A stretch of DNA of 54,840 nucleotides from positions 1-54,840 of the forward strand of contig LFCQ01000006.1 in assembly GCA_001189195.1 (NCBI GenBank), written 5' to 3'. This DNA is from Parcubacteria bacterium C7867-007. GTDB taxonomy: Bacteria; Patescibacteriota; Minisyncoccia; Phycocordibacterales; Phycocordibacteraceae. Position numbers and translations under genes: made by a program. The notes below the pieces were generated by a model. The model worked only from the letters and a program-made list of their open reading frames with translations, was not told the DNA's origin and ran no database searches. Shown here one piece after another: positions 28,437-37,674 of this stretch. How positions within the stretch are numbered: position 1 is the stretch's first letter; each line of letters begins with the position of its first letter.

Positions 28437-29856
28437 TATGGAATCAACTCTTGCATCACTTTCTATAACAGAGGCAGCACACAAACTTCGTACAAGGGAG
28501 TGTACGGTGCGTGAGCTTTGGGATGCATGTCATACGGCAGCACAGAGCGATGCGCTGCATGCATACCTAGAAGTATTTGCTGCAGACGAGGCTGCAATAG
28601 TATCAGCGCAAGCACGTATTGATGCAGAAGGAGAGAATGCTCCGCTGCTTTGCGGTATCCCACTCGCCATCAAAGACAACATTCTTATCAAAGGAAAGAT
28701 TGCGAGTGCGGCATCAAAGATGCTAGAGAACTATGAAGCAACGTATGATGCAACCGCAATAAAGAAACTACGTGATGCAGGCGCACTGTTTGTTGGTCGT
28801 ACCAATATGGATGAGTTTGCTCTTGGTGGTTCAACCGAGAACTCTGCCTTTGGTCCAACCATGAACCCGCATGATGCAGGACGTGTGGCAGGAGGTACGT
28901 CAGGTGGTTCTGCTGCAGCTGTTGCAGCAAACATTGCTATTGCATCACTTGGTTCTGATACTGGTGGTTCTGTTCGCAACCCAGCCAGTTATTGTGGTGT
29001 GGTGGGATTCAAGCCAACGTATGGAAGTATTTCACGCTCCGGTCTTATCGCTGCAGCATCTTCTTTTGATCAAATTGGTCCAATTACAAAAACGGTTGCA
29101 GATGCAAAAACACTGTTTGATGTATTAAAGGGAACCGATACACTCGACTCAAGCACTGCTCCAGAAGGGAGCTACCCAACGTTTTCCAAAGAAGTATCTA
29201 CTATCGGTGTACCGCGTACTCTTCTTGAACAGGGTCTTGATCCTGATGTGGTACAGGCATTTAATGCAGCACTTGAGGCAACAGGCTGCAAGATTGTTGA
29301 CATTGAGATTCCTTCCAACAAGCCAGCACTTGCCGCCTACTACATCATTAACTTCGCAGAAGTATCAACGAATCTTTCACGTCTCGATGGAATGCGCTAT
29401 GGGCACGCAGCACGTGGTGCCACACTCCTTGATGACTACGTTCTCTCTCGCACTGAAGGGTTTGGAAAGGAAACAAAGCGCCGTATCCTTCTTGGCACCT
29501 TTGTACTTTCTGCCGGTTATATTGATGCGTATTATCGAAAAGCCGTTGCAGCACGAAGTGCACTCATACATGAGTTTGATGAAGCGTTTAAGCAGGTAGA
29601 TGTTATTGCCACTCCAACCATGCCTACCCCGGCATTCAAGATGGGGGAGAAGTCTGATCCGCTATCGCTGTACCTTGAAGATGTGTTTACCGTTACCGCC
29701 AATCTCACGGGTATGCCTGCTATCTCTGTACCCATGGGAACCGTTGATCGTGAGGGAACCAAGCTCCCCATAGGTATACAGTTCACAGCACCCCGTGGCG
29801 CCGATGAACGTCTGTTTACAATCGGTGCGGCAGTGACCGGTGAGCAGCTATACTAA
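28429..29856 (+). CDS. gatA: Asp/Glu-tRNA amidotransferase subunit A
   Basis: 475 aa. Amidase signature GGTSGGSAAAVAA and GSDTGGSVRNPA. Confidence 0.93.
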   Translation: MINMESTLASLSITEAAHKLRTRECTVRELWDACHTAAQSDALHAYLEVFAADEAAIVSAQARIDAEGENAPLLCGIPLAIKDNILIKGKIASAASKMLENYEATYDATAIKKLRDAGALFVGRTNMDEFALGGSTENSAFGPTMNPHDAGRVAGGTSGGSAAAVAANIAIASLGSDTGGSVRNPASYCGVVGFKPTYGSISRSGLIAAASSFDQIGPITKTVADAKTLFDVLKGTDTLDSSTAPEGSYPTFSKEVSTIGVPRTLLEQGLDPDVVQAFNAALEATGCKIVDIEIPSNKPALAAYYIINFAEVSTNLSRLDGMRYGHAARGATLLDDYVLSRTEGFGKETKRRILLGTFVLSAGYIDAYYRKAVAARSALIHEFDEAFKQVDVIATPTMPTPAFKMGEKSDPLSLYLEDVFTVTANLTGMPAISVPMGTVDREGTKLPIGIQFTAPRGADERLFTIGAAVTGEQLY

Positions 29857-29860
29857 GTAA

Positions 29861-30472
29861 ATGGAGAATAGCGGACCTGCAGTCCATTTCATTAACGTAG
29901 AGTATTTCTTCCGTCTACTCTACGATCTTATCTTTGGCACCCACACGGTATCAGGAGTGAATGTAAGTGTGGGGAATGTAAGCGGACTGGTTACCCTTGC
30001 TGGCCAGATCTGGCTACTGGTAAGTATTATTTCTTGGATTGCAGTATTCGCTGCCTGTTGGGCCATCATCTACTACACCACCCGCTATTGGCAGGTGCTT
30101 GCAGAAGATGACGAACGATATAAGACCGTTTCTGCAGAACAAGAACATAGAGAAACTGAGCAGTCTCGTTGGACATACATTAAACAACTTATTGAAAGTG
30201 CTCAGCAAAGTGACTGGCGTCAGGCAATTATTGAAGCAGACATTATGCTTGATGAGATACTGATTCGACATGGATACCCGGGGGAGACACTGGGTGAACG
30301 CCTTAAGGCGGGTAACCCTGCACGATTCATGACACTCAATAACGCATGGGAAGCACATAAGGTGCGAAATGATATTGCACACCAAGGATCTGCATTCCAA
30401 CTCACTAACCATATTGCATACCGTACGATCCAGAACTATGAAGCGGTGTTTAGGGAGTTTAATGAAATCTAA
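29861..30472 (+). CDS. Hypothetical membrane protein
   Basis: 203 aa. One or two N-terminal TM helices and a soluble helical C-terminal domain. No family recognised. Confidence 0.55.
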   Translation: MENSGPAVHFINVEYFFRLLYDLIFGTHTVSGVNVSVGNVSGLVTLAGQIWLLVSIISWIAVFAACWAIIYYTTRYWQVLAEDDERYKTVSAEQEHRETEQSRWTYIKQLIESAQQSDWRQAIIEADIMLDEILIRHGYPGETLGERLKAGNPARFMTLNNAWEAHKVRNDIAHQGSAFQLTNHIAYRTIQNYEAVFREFNEI

Positions 30473-30509
30473 GTTGCAATCTTCATACCTTCCTATATAA
30501 TCCCAAAAT

Positions 30510-30796
30510 AGCGGGGTAGAGGAGTGGTACCTCGGGAGGCTTGAATTATTCGGGCGTGCGTAGAAGCAATTTTACGTAAGATCATCTGCCAAATTCGGTG
30601 AAACCCTCACGTCAGAAATGACGAAAGGCAATGCCGAGCCAAGCCTGCTTCGGCAGGAAGGTGTAGAGACTAGACGGTAGACATCCCTATGGGATGAAGG
30701 CATAGTCCAGACCACAAATTCGTCCTCGGACGAAGCAACGAAAGTTGTAGCGGCAAGCATAACCTCCAGACGCCGGTTCAATTCCGGCCCCCGCAA
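30510..30796 (+). tRNA. Intron-containing tRNA, spliced anticodon CAU (Met or lysidine-Ile2)
   Basis: 5' exon (A)GCGGGG-TA-GAGG-AGTGGTA-CCTC-G-GGAGG-CT. 3' exon CATAA-CCTCC-AGAC-GCCGG-TTCAATT-CCGGC-CCCCGC(A). The joined anticodon loop is CTCATAA. A normal cloverleaf forms only after 30542-30757 is removed. Confidence 0.8.
30542..30757 (+). ncRNA. Group I intron, IC3 (tRNA-intron) type
   Basis: Core strings AAATTCGGTGAAACC, GGCAATGCCGAGCCAAGC and GAAGGTGTAGAGACTAGACGG match the remembered Azoarcus tRNA-Ile / cyanobacterial tRNA-Leu intron core. P1 gives a U-G wobble at the 5' splice site, the terminal G serves as omega-G, and P10 can form as ATAA/TTAT. Confidence 0.75.
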
Positions 30797-30804
30797 CACG
30801 ATTA

Positions 30805-30838
30805 AACACAAAAGCGCGATTACTCGCGCTTTTGTGTT
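30805..30838 (+). terminator. Rho-independent terminator after the split tRNA
   Basis: AACACAAAAGCGCG-attact-CGCGCTTTTGTGTT followed by TC. Confidence 0.75.
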
Positions 30839-30900
30839 TCTAGGCTAAATTTAAATACTGTGCTTAAGTGACTCTAGAATTCGAAACAAGGAGAATCACC

Positions 30901-31176
30901 ATGAACACAGGCAGGAAGGGTCCTGTTGCTAGGGATCTGCACGGTCTCCCCATTACTGTCGATGATCTACCCAGTCCTGATACGAGGAGATGGGTTCCAA
31001 ACCGAAAGGCCATCGTCGTGAATGCTGTTCGTGGCGGCCTGATCTCTCTGGAGGAGGTCTTGATTCGCTACAACATGACCGAACGAGAATTTCGTATCTG
31101 GGAACAGGGGCTTGAAGATGCGGGCGCAGAGGGACTTAAGACTACGAAGTTCCAAAAGCGAAAGCGGAGAGCATAG
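30901..31176 (+). CDS. SciP-like / DUF1153-family small transcriptional regulator
   Basis: 91 aa. DLPSPDTRRWVPNRKAIVVNAVRGGLISLEEVLIRYNMTEREFRIWEQ...GLKTTKFQ follows the Caulobacter SciP pattern (DLPxPxTxRWVxxRKAxVVxAVRGGLxSLEE). AAGGAG lies 7 nt upstream. Confidence 0.7.
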   Translation: MNTGRKGPVARDLHGLPITVDDLPSPDTRRWVPNRKAIVVNAVRGGLISLEEVLIRYNMTEREFRIWEQGLEDAGAEGLKTTKFQKRKRRA

Positions 31177-31200
31177 AACAACTAAAATGGCGGAAAAGAA

Positions 31201-31233
31201 AATGGCCCGGTCGTCGCAAGACGCCGGGCCATT
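31201..31233. terminator. Bidirectional terminator between the SciP-like and CtrA-like genes
   Basis: AATGGCCCGG(t)CGTC-gcaa-GACGCCGGGCCATT flanked by A-rich and T-rich tracts. Confidence 0.75.
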
Positions 31234-31258
31234 GAATTTTGCTTTTAGGGAACGCTCG

Positions 31259-32169
31259 TTAAACAGCAGTTTGTACAGGTGGTTCTTGACGCTGCGTCTC
31301 AAGAAAACTCTCAATTGCCTCCCGGATCAGCAGCGAAACTGTTGTGCCCTGGTTATCCGCGAGCTTTTTCAGTCTTGCCTTGTCCGTGGTGCGGAATGTG
31401 AGAACTTCATTCAGTTCTGTGTCCGTTGCTTCAGATTCTTCAGGGAGCTCAAGAGTTTGCGAGCGATTTTGTGCATCCCCATCAATAATCTGGTAGCCAC
31501 GCCCCCAGACAGTTTCGATGACCCGACCCGCATCCGGATGAATCTCATCGAGCTTCTTGCGGATCTTGCAGACGAAGACGTCGATGATCTTGATCTCCGC
31601 CTCGTCCTCAATGGCCGAGTACAGATTCCCAAGAATCATCTCTTTCGACTGCGTACGCCCTCGATTGGATGCGAGCAGTGAAAGAATGAGCATCTCCTTT
31701 CCGGTGAAGTGAACGAACTGACCGTTCACGCTCACCGTTTGTGTGGAGAGGTTCATGCGAATCAGAGCGTCGCCGATCTTCAACTCGCGAACGTCAAGTA
31801 CGAGACCTTTCCCTCGGCGTGTCGTTGCCCGAAGGGAAGCCGCAAGTTCTCGCGGGTTTGCCGGACTGCGGATAAAATCGTCGCCCCCATTCTCAAGGAA
31901 CGACGCACGCTGTTCCGACCATGATCCCTCCCGGTTCCCATTGGAGAGTCCGATGACCGATGTAAGCACGTTCTTGCTCCGCAGGTAGCGGACCGCGAAG
32001 ATGCCCCAATTGGTCTTGTCGAGATCGACCACGATTGCGTCGTAATCGCCATCGACAATCCATTCGTATAGGTCTTCAGGTGTCTCCACCTCATCTGTGA
32101 CCGTCAAGAATCCCTTGCCTCTCAAGAAGGCCAGGGTGGTCTCATCGACCCCACTTCAAAGATCTTCAT
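31259..32169 (-). CDS. CtrA-like OmpR-family response regulator with C-terminal RHH-like extension; 5' end frameshifted
   Basis: wHTH motif KIIDVFVCKIRKKL...IETVWGRGY (CtrA: KIIDVFICKLRKKL...IETVWGRGY). Receiver D in VVDLD. Tail LTFRTTDKARLKKLADNQGTTVSLLIREAIESFL. The SD+ATG at 32169 is out of frame with the body, which is open from 32155. The track ORF starts at TTG 32125. Confidence 0.7.
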
Positions 32170-32250
32170 TCCAGCCTCCTCTCAATGCATTCGTTGGTTG
32201 GATTACTTGAAGTAAACTGTTAAAGGTATTTTCTGTCAAATAAAAGAATT

Positions 32251-32274
32251 AGGACCCTCCTGGAGGAGGGCCCT
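32251..32274 (-). terminator. Terminator downstream of the parB-like gene
   Basis: AGGACCCTCC-tgga-GGAGGGCCCT (one mismatch), followed on the minus strand by a T-rich run. Confidence 0.6.
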
Positions 32275-32290
32275 AAACAAGATATCCTGT

Positions 32291-33208
32291 TTACTGTTTT
32301 TCGTTGATCTTGTCGCGGAGCTTCTCAAGCACGGAGATGATGGCATTGATTGTTATAGTATCGTTCTTTCGATCCTGCTCATCATCGTTGCGGTGTAGAT
32401 AGAGATCGTCGATGTCGAGGTCGTTGAGCATGCGGCCGGCTGTCGTGCGAGCACGTCCCAGGAACGAGGTGAAGACATTGTAGTCGTCGCTGGGTTTCCT
32501 GAAACGGCCGCCAGCACGATAGCCGCTGCTACCAGACCGATGTTCTATCAGTGCGCGCGTTTCCACCACACCGAGATTCCGTTCGATTGCTTCCTGCGCA
32601 ACAGTAATCCGAAGATCTGGTGCGCTTTCAGGAATTCCCCGAACGATGTCGATGGCTTGCGTCACTGTCAGTTGGGTGTCCTTCGAACGATTCGGATCCA
32701 TCAAGGTCTTCGCCTTGTCGGGCAAGGTGTTGAGCTTCAGGTAGTTCTCGACATACGTCCTCGACTTGCCACGAAGGCGCATTAGGTCTTCGATAGTTTC
32801 GCCATCTTCGCGAAGTCGATGATAGGCCGCCGCTTCGTCCAATGGCGACAGGTCTTCACGGTGAAGGTTTGCGAGAGTGGATTTCCTGAAGTGCTGCTTT
32901 AGGTCTTTCACCACCTCCACGAAAGCATCGATTATGGGCTCTTTACCTGTACGCTCGAAGATAAGTCCAAAGGCTCGGAGACGTCGTTCACCGTCGATCA
33001 GGATGAACGCGCCGGGCTCTCCCGGCTTCGTAGTCACTTTGATTGGTTGCTCCTGACCATCAGTCTCGATGCTGTCCGCAAGGGCTATGATACCCGACTC
33101 GATGAAGAAGGTCCGGGGCTGACCCTCGAACCGTTCGATGCGGCTGAACCGGATTGGCAGAGGCCTGCCAAGGTTTTCTTCAGCCACAGCTGCTGCTGCG
33201 TGTGCCAT
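32291..33208 (-). CDS. ParB/Spo0J-family (ParB N-terminal domain) protein
   Basis: 305 aa. QPIKV...LIDGERRLRAF arginine-patch motif and HTH GKSRTYVENYLKL. AAGGAG lies 5 nt upstream. No parA alongside. Confidence 0.75.
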   Translation of the reverse strand: MAHAAAAVAEENLGRPLPIRFSRIERFEGQPRTFFIESGIIALADSIETDGQEQPIKVTTKPGEPGAFILIDGERRLRAFGLIFERTGKEPIIDAFVEVVKDLKQHFRKSTLANLHREDLSPLDEAAAYHRLREDGETIEDLMRLRGKSRTYVENYLKLNTLPDKAKTLMDPNRSKDTQLTVTQAIDIVRGIPESAPDLRITVAQEAIERNLGVVETRALIEHRSGSSGYRAGGRFRKPSDDYNVFTSFLGRARTTAGRMLNDLDIDDLYLHRNDDEQDRKNDTITINAIISVLEKLRDKINEKQ

Positions 33209-33384
33209 GGTAACTCCTTGGCTAGGTGTTTGAGATCAAGGTACACAACTGGCGTGATAATGCCGCAAATCTGTAATTTAAGCAAACCGTATCCTACCAA
33301 TTATATTTCCTCGTCATTTATGGCGATCGATCCTTAAAATATTCAAATAATCGTGTCAGATTATGTTTCTTTTTCACGAGACGT

Positions 33385-33948
33385 ATGCGCCTTAATACCG
33401 TACACTTAACTCCAATGACCCCTTTCAACTCGACCGTAATCATTGTGGTTGCGCTCCTGGCCCTCTTCCTGATCAGTATTACGGTCTCTAAGTACGCTAT
33501 GCATGATAACTTCCTGCGTACGCGCTTCATCATGAGTGCATTATTTGGATTTATTGTCCTTACGCTAACCATCTCTTTCTGGAAGTTTGCCCTGATGACA
33601 CTGCCTTTCACTGTCCCTTCAATGCTTGTTGGTATTGGTCTCGGATACCTTATCGGTGTTCGTACTGAACAACAGAAGATTCTCACGCATGGCATCGAGC
33701 ACTATATGGAACGCTTTGCTCGTATTGAACACAAAGATGTGAAGAACCTCACGTGGTGGAGTCTCATTAACTTCTATTCAATTATGTGCGGTCTTATCCT
33801 GATCAACCTTATCGGTTTCACCAACGTCATCCTTCAAGGATCTCCAGGCTTTATTATCGCCACCAGTGTTGTGGGGGCAGCTTTCATTGGTTCGATCCTT
33901 CCATACCTGTACCACCTCTGGACTCTTCCTTGTGGTGAACGCTGTTAA
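33385..33948 (+). CDS. Hypothetical polytopic membrane protein
   Basis: 187 aa with 5-6 hydrophobic helices. Start uncertain (33385 or 33409). Confidence 0.5.
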   Translation: MRLNTVHLTPMTPFNSTVIIVVALLALFLISITVSKYAMHDNFLRTRFIMSALFGFIVLTLTISFWKFALMTLPFTVPSMLVGIGLGYLIGVRTEQQKILTHGIEHYMERFARIEHKDVKNLTWWSLINFYSIMCGLILINLIGFTNVILQGSPGFIIATSVVGAAFIGSILPYLYHLWTLPCGERC

Positions 33949-34784
33949 GAGAGTGCGAGGGAGATACTAAACACAACAAGGAGGATAAGTGAGTACAAGA
34001 AGGTTTTGCGTGCCCACCGTGTTTCATTTTGTACAAAGAACCCTGCAGCTGACATAAGGACCCAGACAATGGTGAGGATCGTCATGGGGATGGTGTACAT
34101 CAGACCAAGATTATTCACTAGGTACAATGCGTAGATTGCCACAGCGAAGAGAAGAGTGTATACGAGCATCAACACCTTGGTGAGAAGCATACCTTTAGAC
34201 ACCGGCATCACAGGAAGATTCGCGTTGCGATAGTCCTCAAGACGGAATATTGCTATAGCAAAGAAGTGCGTCATCTGCCACGTAACTAGTATAAGAAAGA
34301 GGAGAATTGCTGTTTCATTAACAGTGTTCACCACTGCCACATACCCCACAACAGGAGGTACTGCTCCTGCAACAGCACCAATAATGGTGCTGTGTGATGT
34401 TATGCGTTTAGCTGGCGTATAGAGCGCTATGTATGCAAACACTCCAAAGAGGGTAACGAGGAAAGTGAGTAGGTTGGTGAATAGGTAGTGGGTACCAAGA
34501 CCAACAGCTATTAGAGCAATACCAAAGATGAGAGCGGTACGAACGGGAATCTGTCCTGTGGGAATAGCACGTCCTTGAGTACGCTTCATGCGCGCATCAA
34601 TATCTCTATCAATAACGTTGTTTATCACGCACGCACCAGCGATAGAAAGCGAGAGACCAATAATAGTGGCGGCAAGAAGAGGGAAGGATACTGAGAAGCC
34701 TGCAGCAAACACAAAGGCAGCAAGCGCTGTCATCGCATTGCCGTATACCATCCCTGGCTTGGTGAGTTGGTAGTACGCGTTCAT
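33945..34784 (-). CDS. cyoE: Protoheme IX farnesyltransferase (heme O synthase)
   Basis: 279 aa. UbiA-family motif NNVIDRDIDARMKRTQGRAIPTG. Last gene of the cyo operon. Confidence 0.9.
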   Translation of the reverse strand: MNAYYQLTKPGMVYGNAMTALAAFVFAAGFSVSFPLLAATIIGLSLSIAGACVINNVIDRDIDARMKRTQGRAIPTGQIPVRTALIFGIALIAVGLGTHYLFTNLLTFLVTLFGVFAYIALYTPAKRITSHSTIIGAVAGAVPPVVGYVAVVNTVNETAILLFLILVTWQMTHFFAIAIFRLEDYRNANLPVMPVSKGMLLTKVLMLVYTLLFAVAIYALYLVNNLGLMYTIPMTILTIVWVLMSAAGFFVQNETRWARKTFLYSLILLVVFSISLALS

Positions 34785-35152
34785 TAGTGTAGTTCGTGCT
34801 CCGGTGATACCACGCCACCCTCATAGAACTCTGTAGAGCCATGCATATGAAGTTCTTCCAGGTTACTCATGATCCAAAGGGTACCCACAATAACGATCGC
34901 CATAATCACACCGGTGAGTACGAAGATAAGAAGATTCCATCGTGGCTTTGATTCACTTCCCATGTGAAGGAAGAATATGAGTTGTACGAATAACTGAATG
35001 AGTGCGGTGATAACAATTGCAGGAACTGCGAGGAGGCCCAGGGTTGGTGCAACCCAGAAGGCAAGAAGAGTGAGTCCTATGGAAAGGATAAAGCCGATCA
35101 CGTATGAGCTAAGAGTTCCGTGCGGAATGATGTCGTGAGTGGGTGTGGTCAT
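34784..35152 (-). CDS. cyoD: Cytochrome o quinol oxidase subunit IV
   Basis: Start at the internal ATG (MTTPTHDIIPHGTLSSYVIGFILS...), which overlaps the cyoC stop as ATGA. Three TM helices. Confidence 0.8.
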   Translation of the reverse strand: MTTPTHDIIPHGTLSSYVIGFILSIGLTLLAFWVAPTLGLLAVPAIVITALIQLFVQLIFFLHMGSESKPRWNLLIFVLTGVIMAIVIVGTLWIMSNLEELHMHGSTEFYEGGVVSPEHELH

Positions 35153-35718
35153 AGAGAGCCGAGTAAGTATACGAGAGAGAACAGACAGATCCACACGATG
35201 TCGAGGAAGTGCCAGAAGAGGGAGAAGTATACGATTCGCTGCATGGTCTTTTCGGTAAGGCCACGCACACCTAGATAGATAAAGAGTGCTATAAGCCAGA
35301 GAAGACCAACGGCAATGTGTAGTCCATGTGTGCCAACAAGGGTGAAGAATGCAGAGAGGAAGGCACTGGTTGCCCAACTATGTCCTTCTGCAACTAACAT
35401 ACTGAACTCGCTCAGCTCCATACCAAGGAACACAGCTCCAAGTGCGAAGGTGGCTAGAAGAGAGAGCCAGACCCCAACGCTATTCTTAGCGCGTGCCGCC
35501 AAGAGCGCTAACCCACACGTAAAACTGCTCGTAAGCAGGATAAGTGTTTCAACTAATACAAATGAGCGATCAAAGAGTTCCATACCACTCGGTCCTCCCG
35601 CTGTTTGTGTATGGAGTACTGCATATGCAGCAAACAGGGAAGCGAACAGAATACAGTCGCTCATGATGTATACCCAGAGACCAAAGTGAACCTGTTCGTG
35701 TGAGTGGTGCTTTTTCAT
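35149..35718 (-). CDS. cyoC: Cytochrome o quinol oxidase subunit III
   Basis: 189 aa with five TM helices. FGLWVYIMSDCILFASLF and FWHFLDIVWI motifs. Confidence 0.9.
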   Translation of the reverse strand: MKKHHSHEQVHFGLWVYIMSDCILFASLFAAYAVLHTQTAGGPSGMELFDRSFVLVETLILLTSSFTCGLALLAARAKNSVGVWLSLLATFALGAVFLGMELSEFSMLVAEGHSWATSAFLSAFFTLVGTHGLHIAVGLLWLIALFIYLGVRGLTEKTMQRIVYFSLFWHFLDIVWICLFSLVYLLGSL

Positions 35719-35720
35719 AG

Positions 35721-37673
35721 CTATTTTCGTAGACGTTGCTCCGTTGCTTTCACCACCTGTGCTGGCACCACATATTCAATTTCGTCATTAAAGGAACGAA
35801 GGATAATAGTGACGAATACTCCAATCAAAGAGACAGGAAGGAGCCACCAAATATGCCAGACAGTTCCAAATCCAAAGAGGAACGCAAAGGCAGCAATGAA
35901 CAGACCAACGCTACTATTCTTTGGAAGAAGAATATCTTCATAATGGGTTTCTTGTGTCTGCTTCTTTTCTTTCATCGTCCACCATGCATCCCGACCAACC
36001 ACTTTAGGGATATGTGCAAAGTTATAGAACGGAGCAGGGGATGGTACCGACCATTCCAGAGTACGGCCGTTCCAGTAATCACCCGTGCGATCGCGTCTTT
36101 GTTTTCTCTGAAGCACGCTCACAACATAGCAGAGCAATTGTACGGCAACTCCAAGGGCAATGATGCCAGCACCAACGCCTGCCAGCACTAGCAGGGGATG
36201 GAATCCACTTGCCGCTTCAACGAAGTTCACGCGGCGTGTCATTCCCATGAAGCCCAGAACATAGAGAGGAATGAATGCTGCTGCAAAGCCAACAATCCAG
36301 AACCAGTATGATACTTTGCCAAGCATCTCATTGAGACCAAAGCCAAAGATCTTTGGGAACCAATACACAAAACCGCAGAAGTATCCAAAGAGTACACCGC
36401 CGATCACCATGTTATGGAAGTGAGCCACGAGGAATAGACTATTGTGCAGTTGGAAGTCCACTGCAGGTACAGAAAGAAGTACCCCAGTCATACCCCCAAT
36501 CGTGAAGCTAAAGAGGAATCCCATGAACCAAAGCATAGGAACAGAATACTTAATGCGTCCACGGAACATGGTAAAGATCCAGTTAAATACTTTTACGCCT
36601 GTTGGAATCGCAATCACCATCGTTGCAATACCAAAGAAAGCATTCACATTTGCTCCTGCACCCATGGTGAAGAAGTGATGCACCCATACACCAAAAGAGA
36701 GGAAAACAATTGCCATAGTTGCCACCACCATGGACGTGTATCCAAACAGTCTCTTTTGTGCGAATACAGGAACAATTTCAGAGAAGATACCAAAGGCAGG
36801 AAGGATAAGAATATATACCTCTGGATGTCCCCATGCCCAGATTAGATTCACATACATCATCACGTTGCCGCCAAGATCGGTGGTGAAGAAGTGCATACCG
36901 AGTACGCGATCCAAAGAAAGCATGGCGAGGGTACCGGTGAGGATTGGGAAGGCAAAGAGCACCAGAAGCATTGAACCAAGTACCGTCCATACAAAGATTG
37001 GCATACGCATAAGGGTCATACCGGGAGCACGCTCTTTAATGATCGTCACAATGAAGTTCACCGCAGCGAGCAAGGTACCGATACCAGAGATCTGCAGTGC
37101 CCATATGTAGTAATCAACACCAACACCCGGACTGTATTCAATACCTGAGAGAGGTGGATAGGCCAACCATCCGGTTGCTGCGAATGATCCCACGACCAGT
37201 GATAGATTCACTAATACTGCACCGGTAGCAGTGAGCCAGAAGCTAATTGAGTTAAGGAGGGGAAAGGAAACATCACGGGTACCAATCATTAGTGGCAGAA
37301 TGCAGTTGATGAGACCGAACATAAATGCCATCGCCACAAAGAAGATCATGATCACTCCATGTGCAGTGAACACTTGTGCGTAGTGGTCAGGTGAGAGATA
37401 TCCCGCACCCTCTCCCACTGCCACTGCTTGCTGAGCACGCATCATGAGTGCATCGATACCTCCACGCACGAGCATGAGGCCCGCAAGAATGAGATACATG
37501 ATGCCGATCTTCTTAGCATCAAGAGTAGTGAGCCACTCGGTCCAGAGCCACTTCCAACGTTTAGTTATGGTGAGGAGGAGTATTACAGAAAGCGCACCAC
37601 CCACCACCACAATCTGTGCACCAGTCTCTACTGGACCGTGTATGAATGCTTCAGGTGTAAGAAGACCAAACAT
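35721..37673 (-). CDS. cyoB: Cytochrome o quinol oxidase subunit I (heme-copper oxidase)
   Basis: 650 aa. [24 protein letters not shown] and VAHFHNV-like motifs. Confidence 0.95.
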   Translation of the reverse strand: MFGLLTPEAFIHGPVETGAQIVVVGGALSVILLLTITKRWKWLWTEWLTTLDAKKIGIMYLILAGLMLVRGGIDALMMRAQQAVAVGEGAGYLSPDHYAQVFTAHGVIMIFFVAMAFMFGLINCILPLMIGTRDVSFPLLNSISFWLTATGAVLVNLSLVVGSFAATGWLAYPPLSGIEYSPGVGVDYYIWALQISGIGTLLAAVNFIVTIIKERAPGMTLMRMPIFVWTVLGSMLLVLFAFPILTGTLAMLSLDRVLGMHFFTTDLGGNVMMYVNLIWAWGHPEVYILILPAFGIFSEIVPVFAQKRLFGYTSMVVATMAIVFLSFGVWVHHFFTMGAGANVNAFFGIATMVIAIPTGVKVFNWIFTMFRGRIKYSVPMLWFMGFLFSFTIGGMTGVLLSVPAVDFQLHNSLFLVAHFHNMVIGGVLFGYFCGFVYWFPKIFGFGLNEMLGKVSYWFWIVGFAAAFIPLYVLGFMGMTRRVNFVEAASGFHPLLVLAGVGAGIIALGVAVQLLCYVVSVLQRKQRRDRTGDYWNGRTLEWSVPSPAPFYNFAHIPKVVGRDAWWTMKEKKQTQETHYEDILLPKNSSVGLFIAAFAFLFGFGTVWHIWWLLPVSLIGVFVTIILRSFNDEIEYVVPAQVVKATEQRLRK

Positions 37674-37674
37674 A

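Noticed and set aside
32291-33208. ParB-like gene as the chromosomal Spo0J/ParB partition protein.
   Set aside because: There is no adjacent parA/soj and no parS-like palindrome. SD-led translation and foreign-looking codon usage also argue against it. It fits better as cargo of the inserted block.
33318-33695. 125-aa minus-strand ORF overlapping the start of the 33385 membrane protein.
   Set aside because: It has R/C-rich low-complexity translation and is antisense to a hydrophobic multi-TM ORF.
35153-35377. N-terminal 75 codons of the 197-aa ORF annotated here as cyoD.
   Set aside because: This extension overlaps cyoC out of frame and is Cys/Trp/Arg-rich. The internal ATG at 35152 gives the usual ~120-aa subunit IV and an ATGA junction with cyoC.
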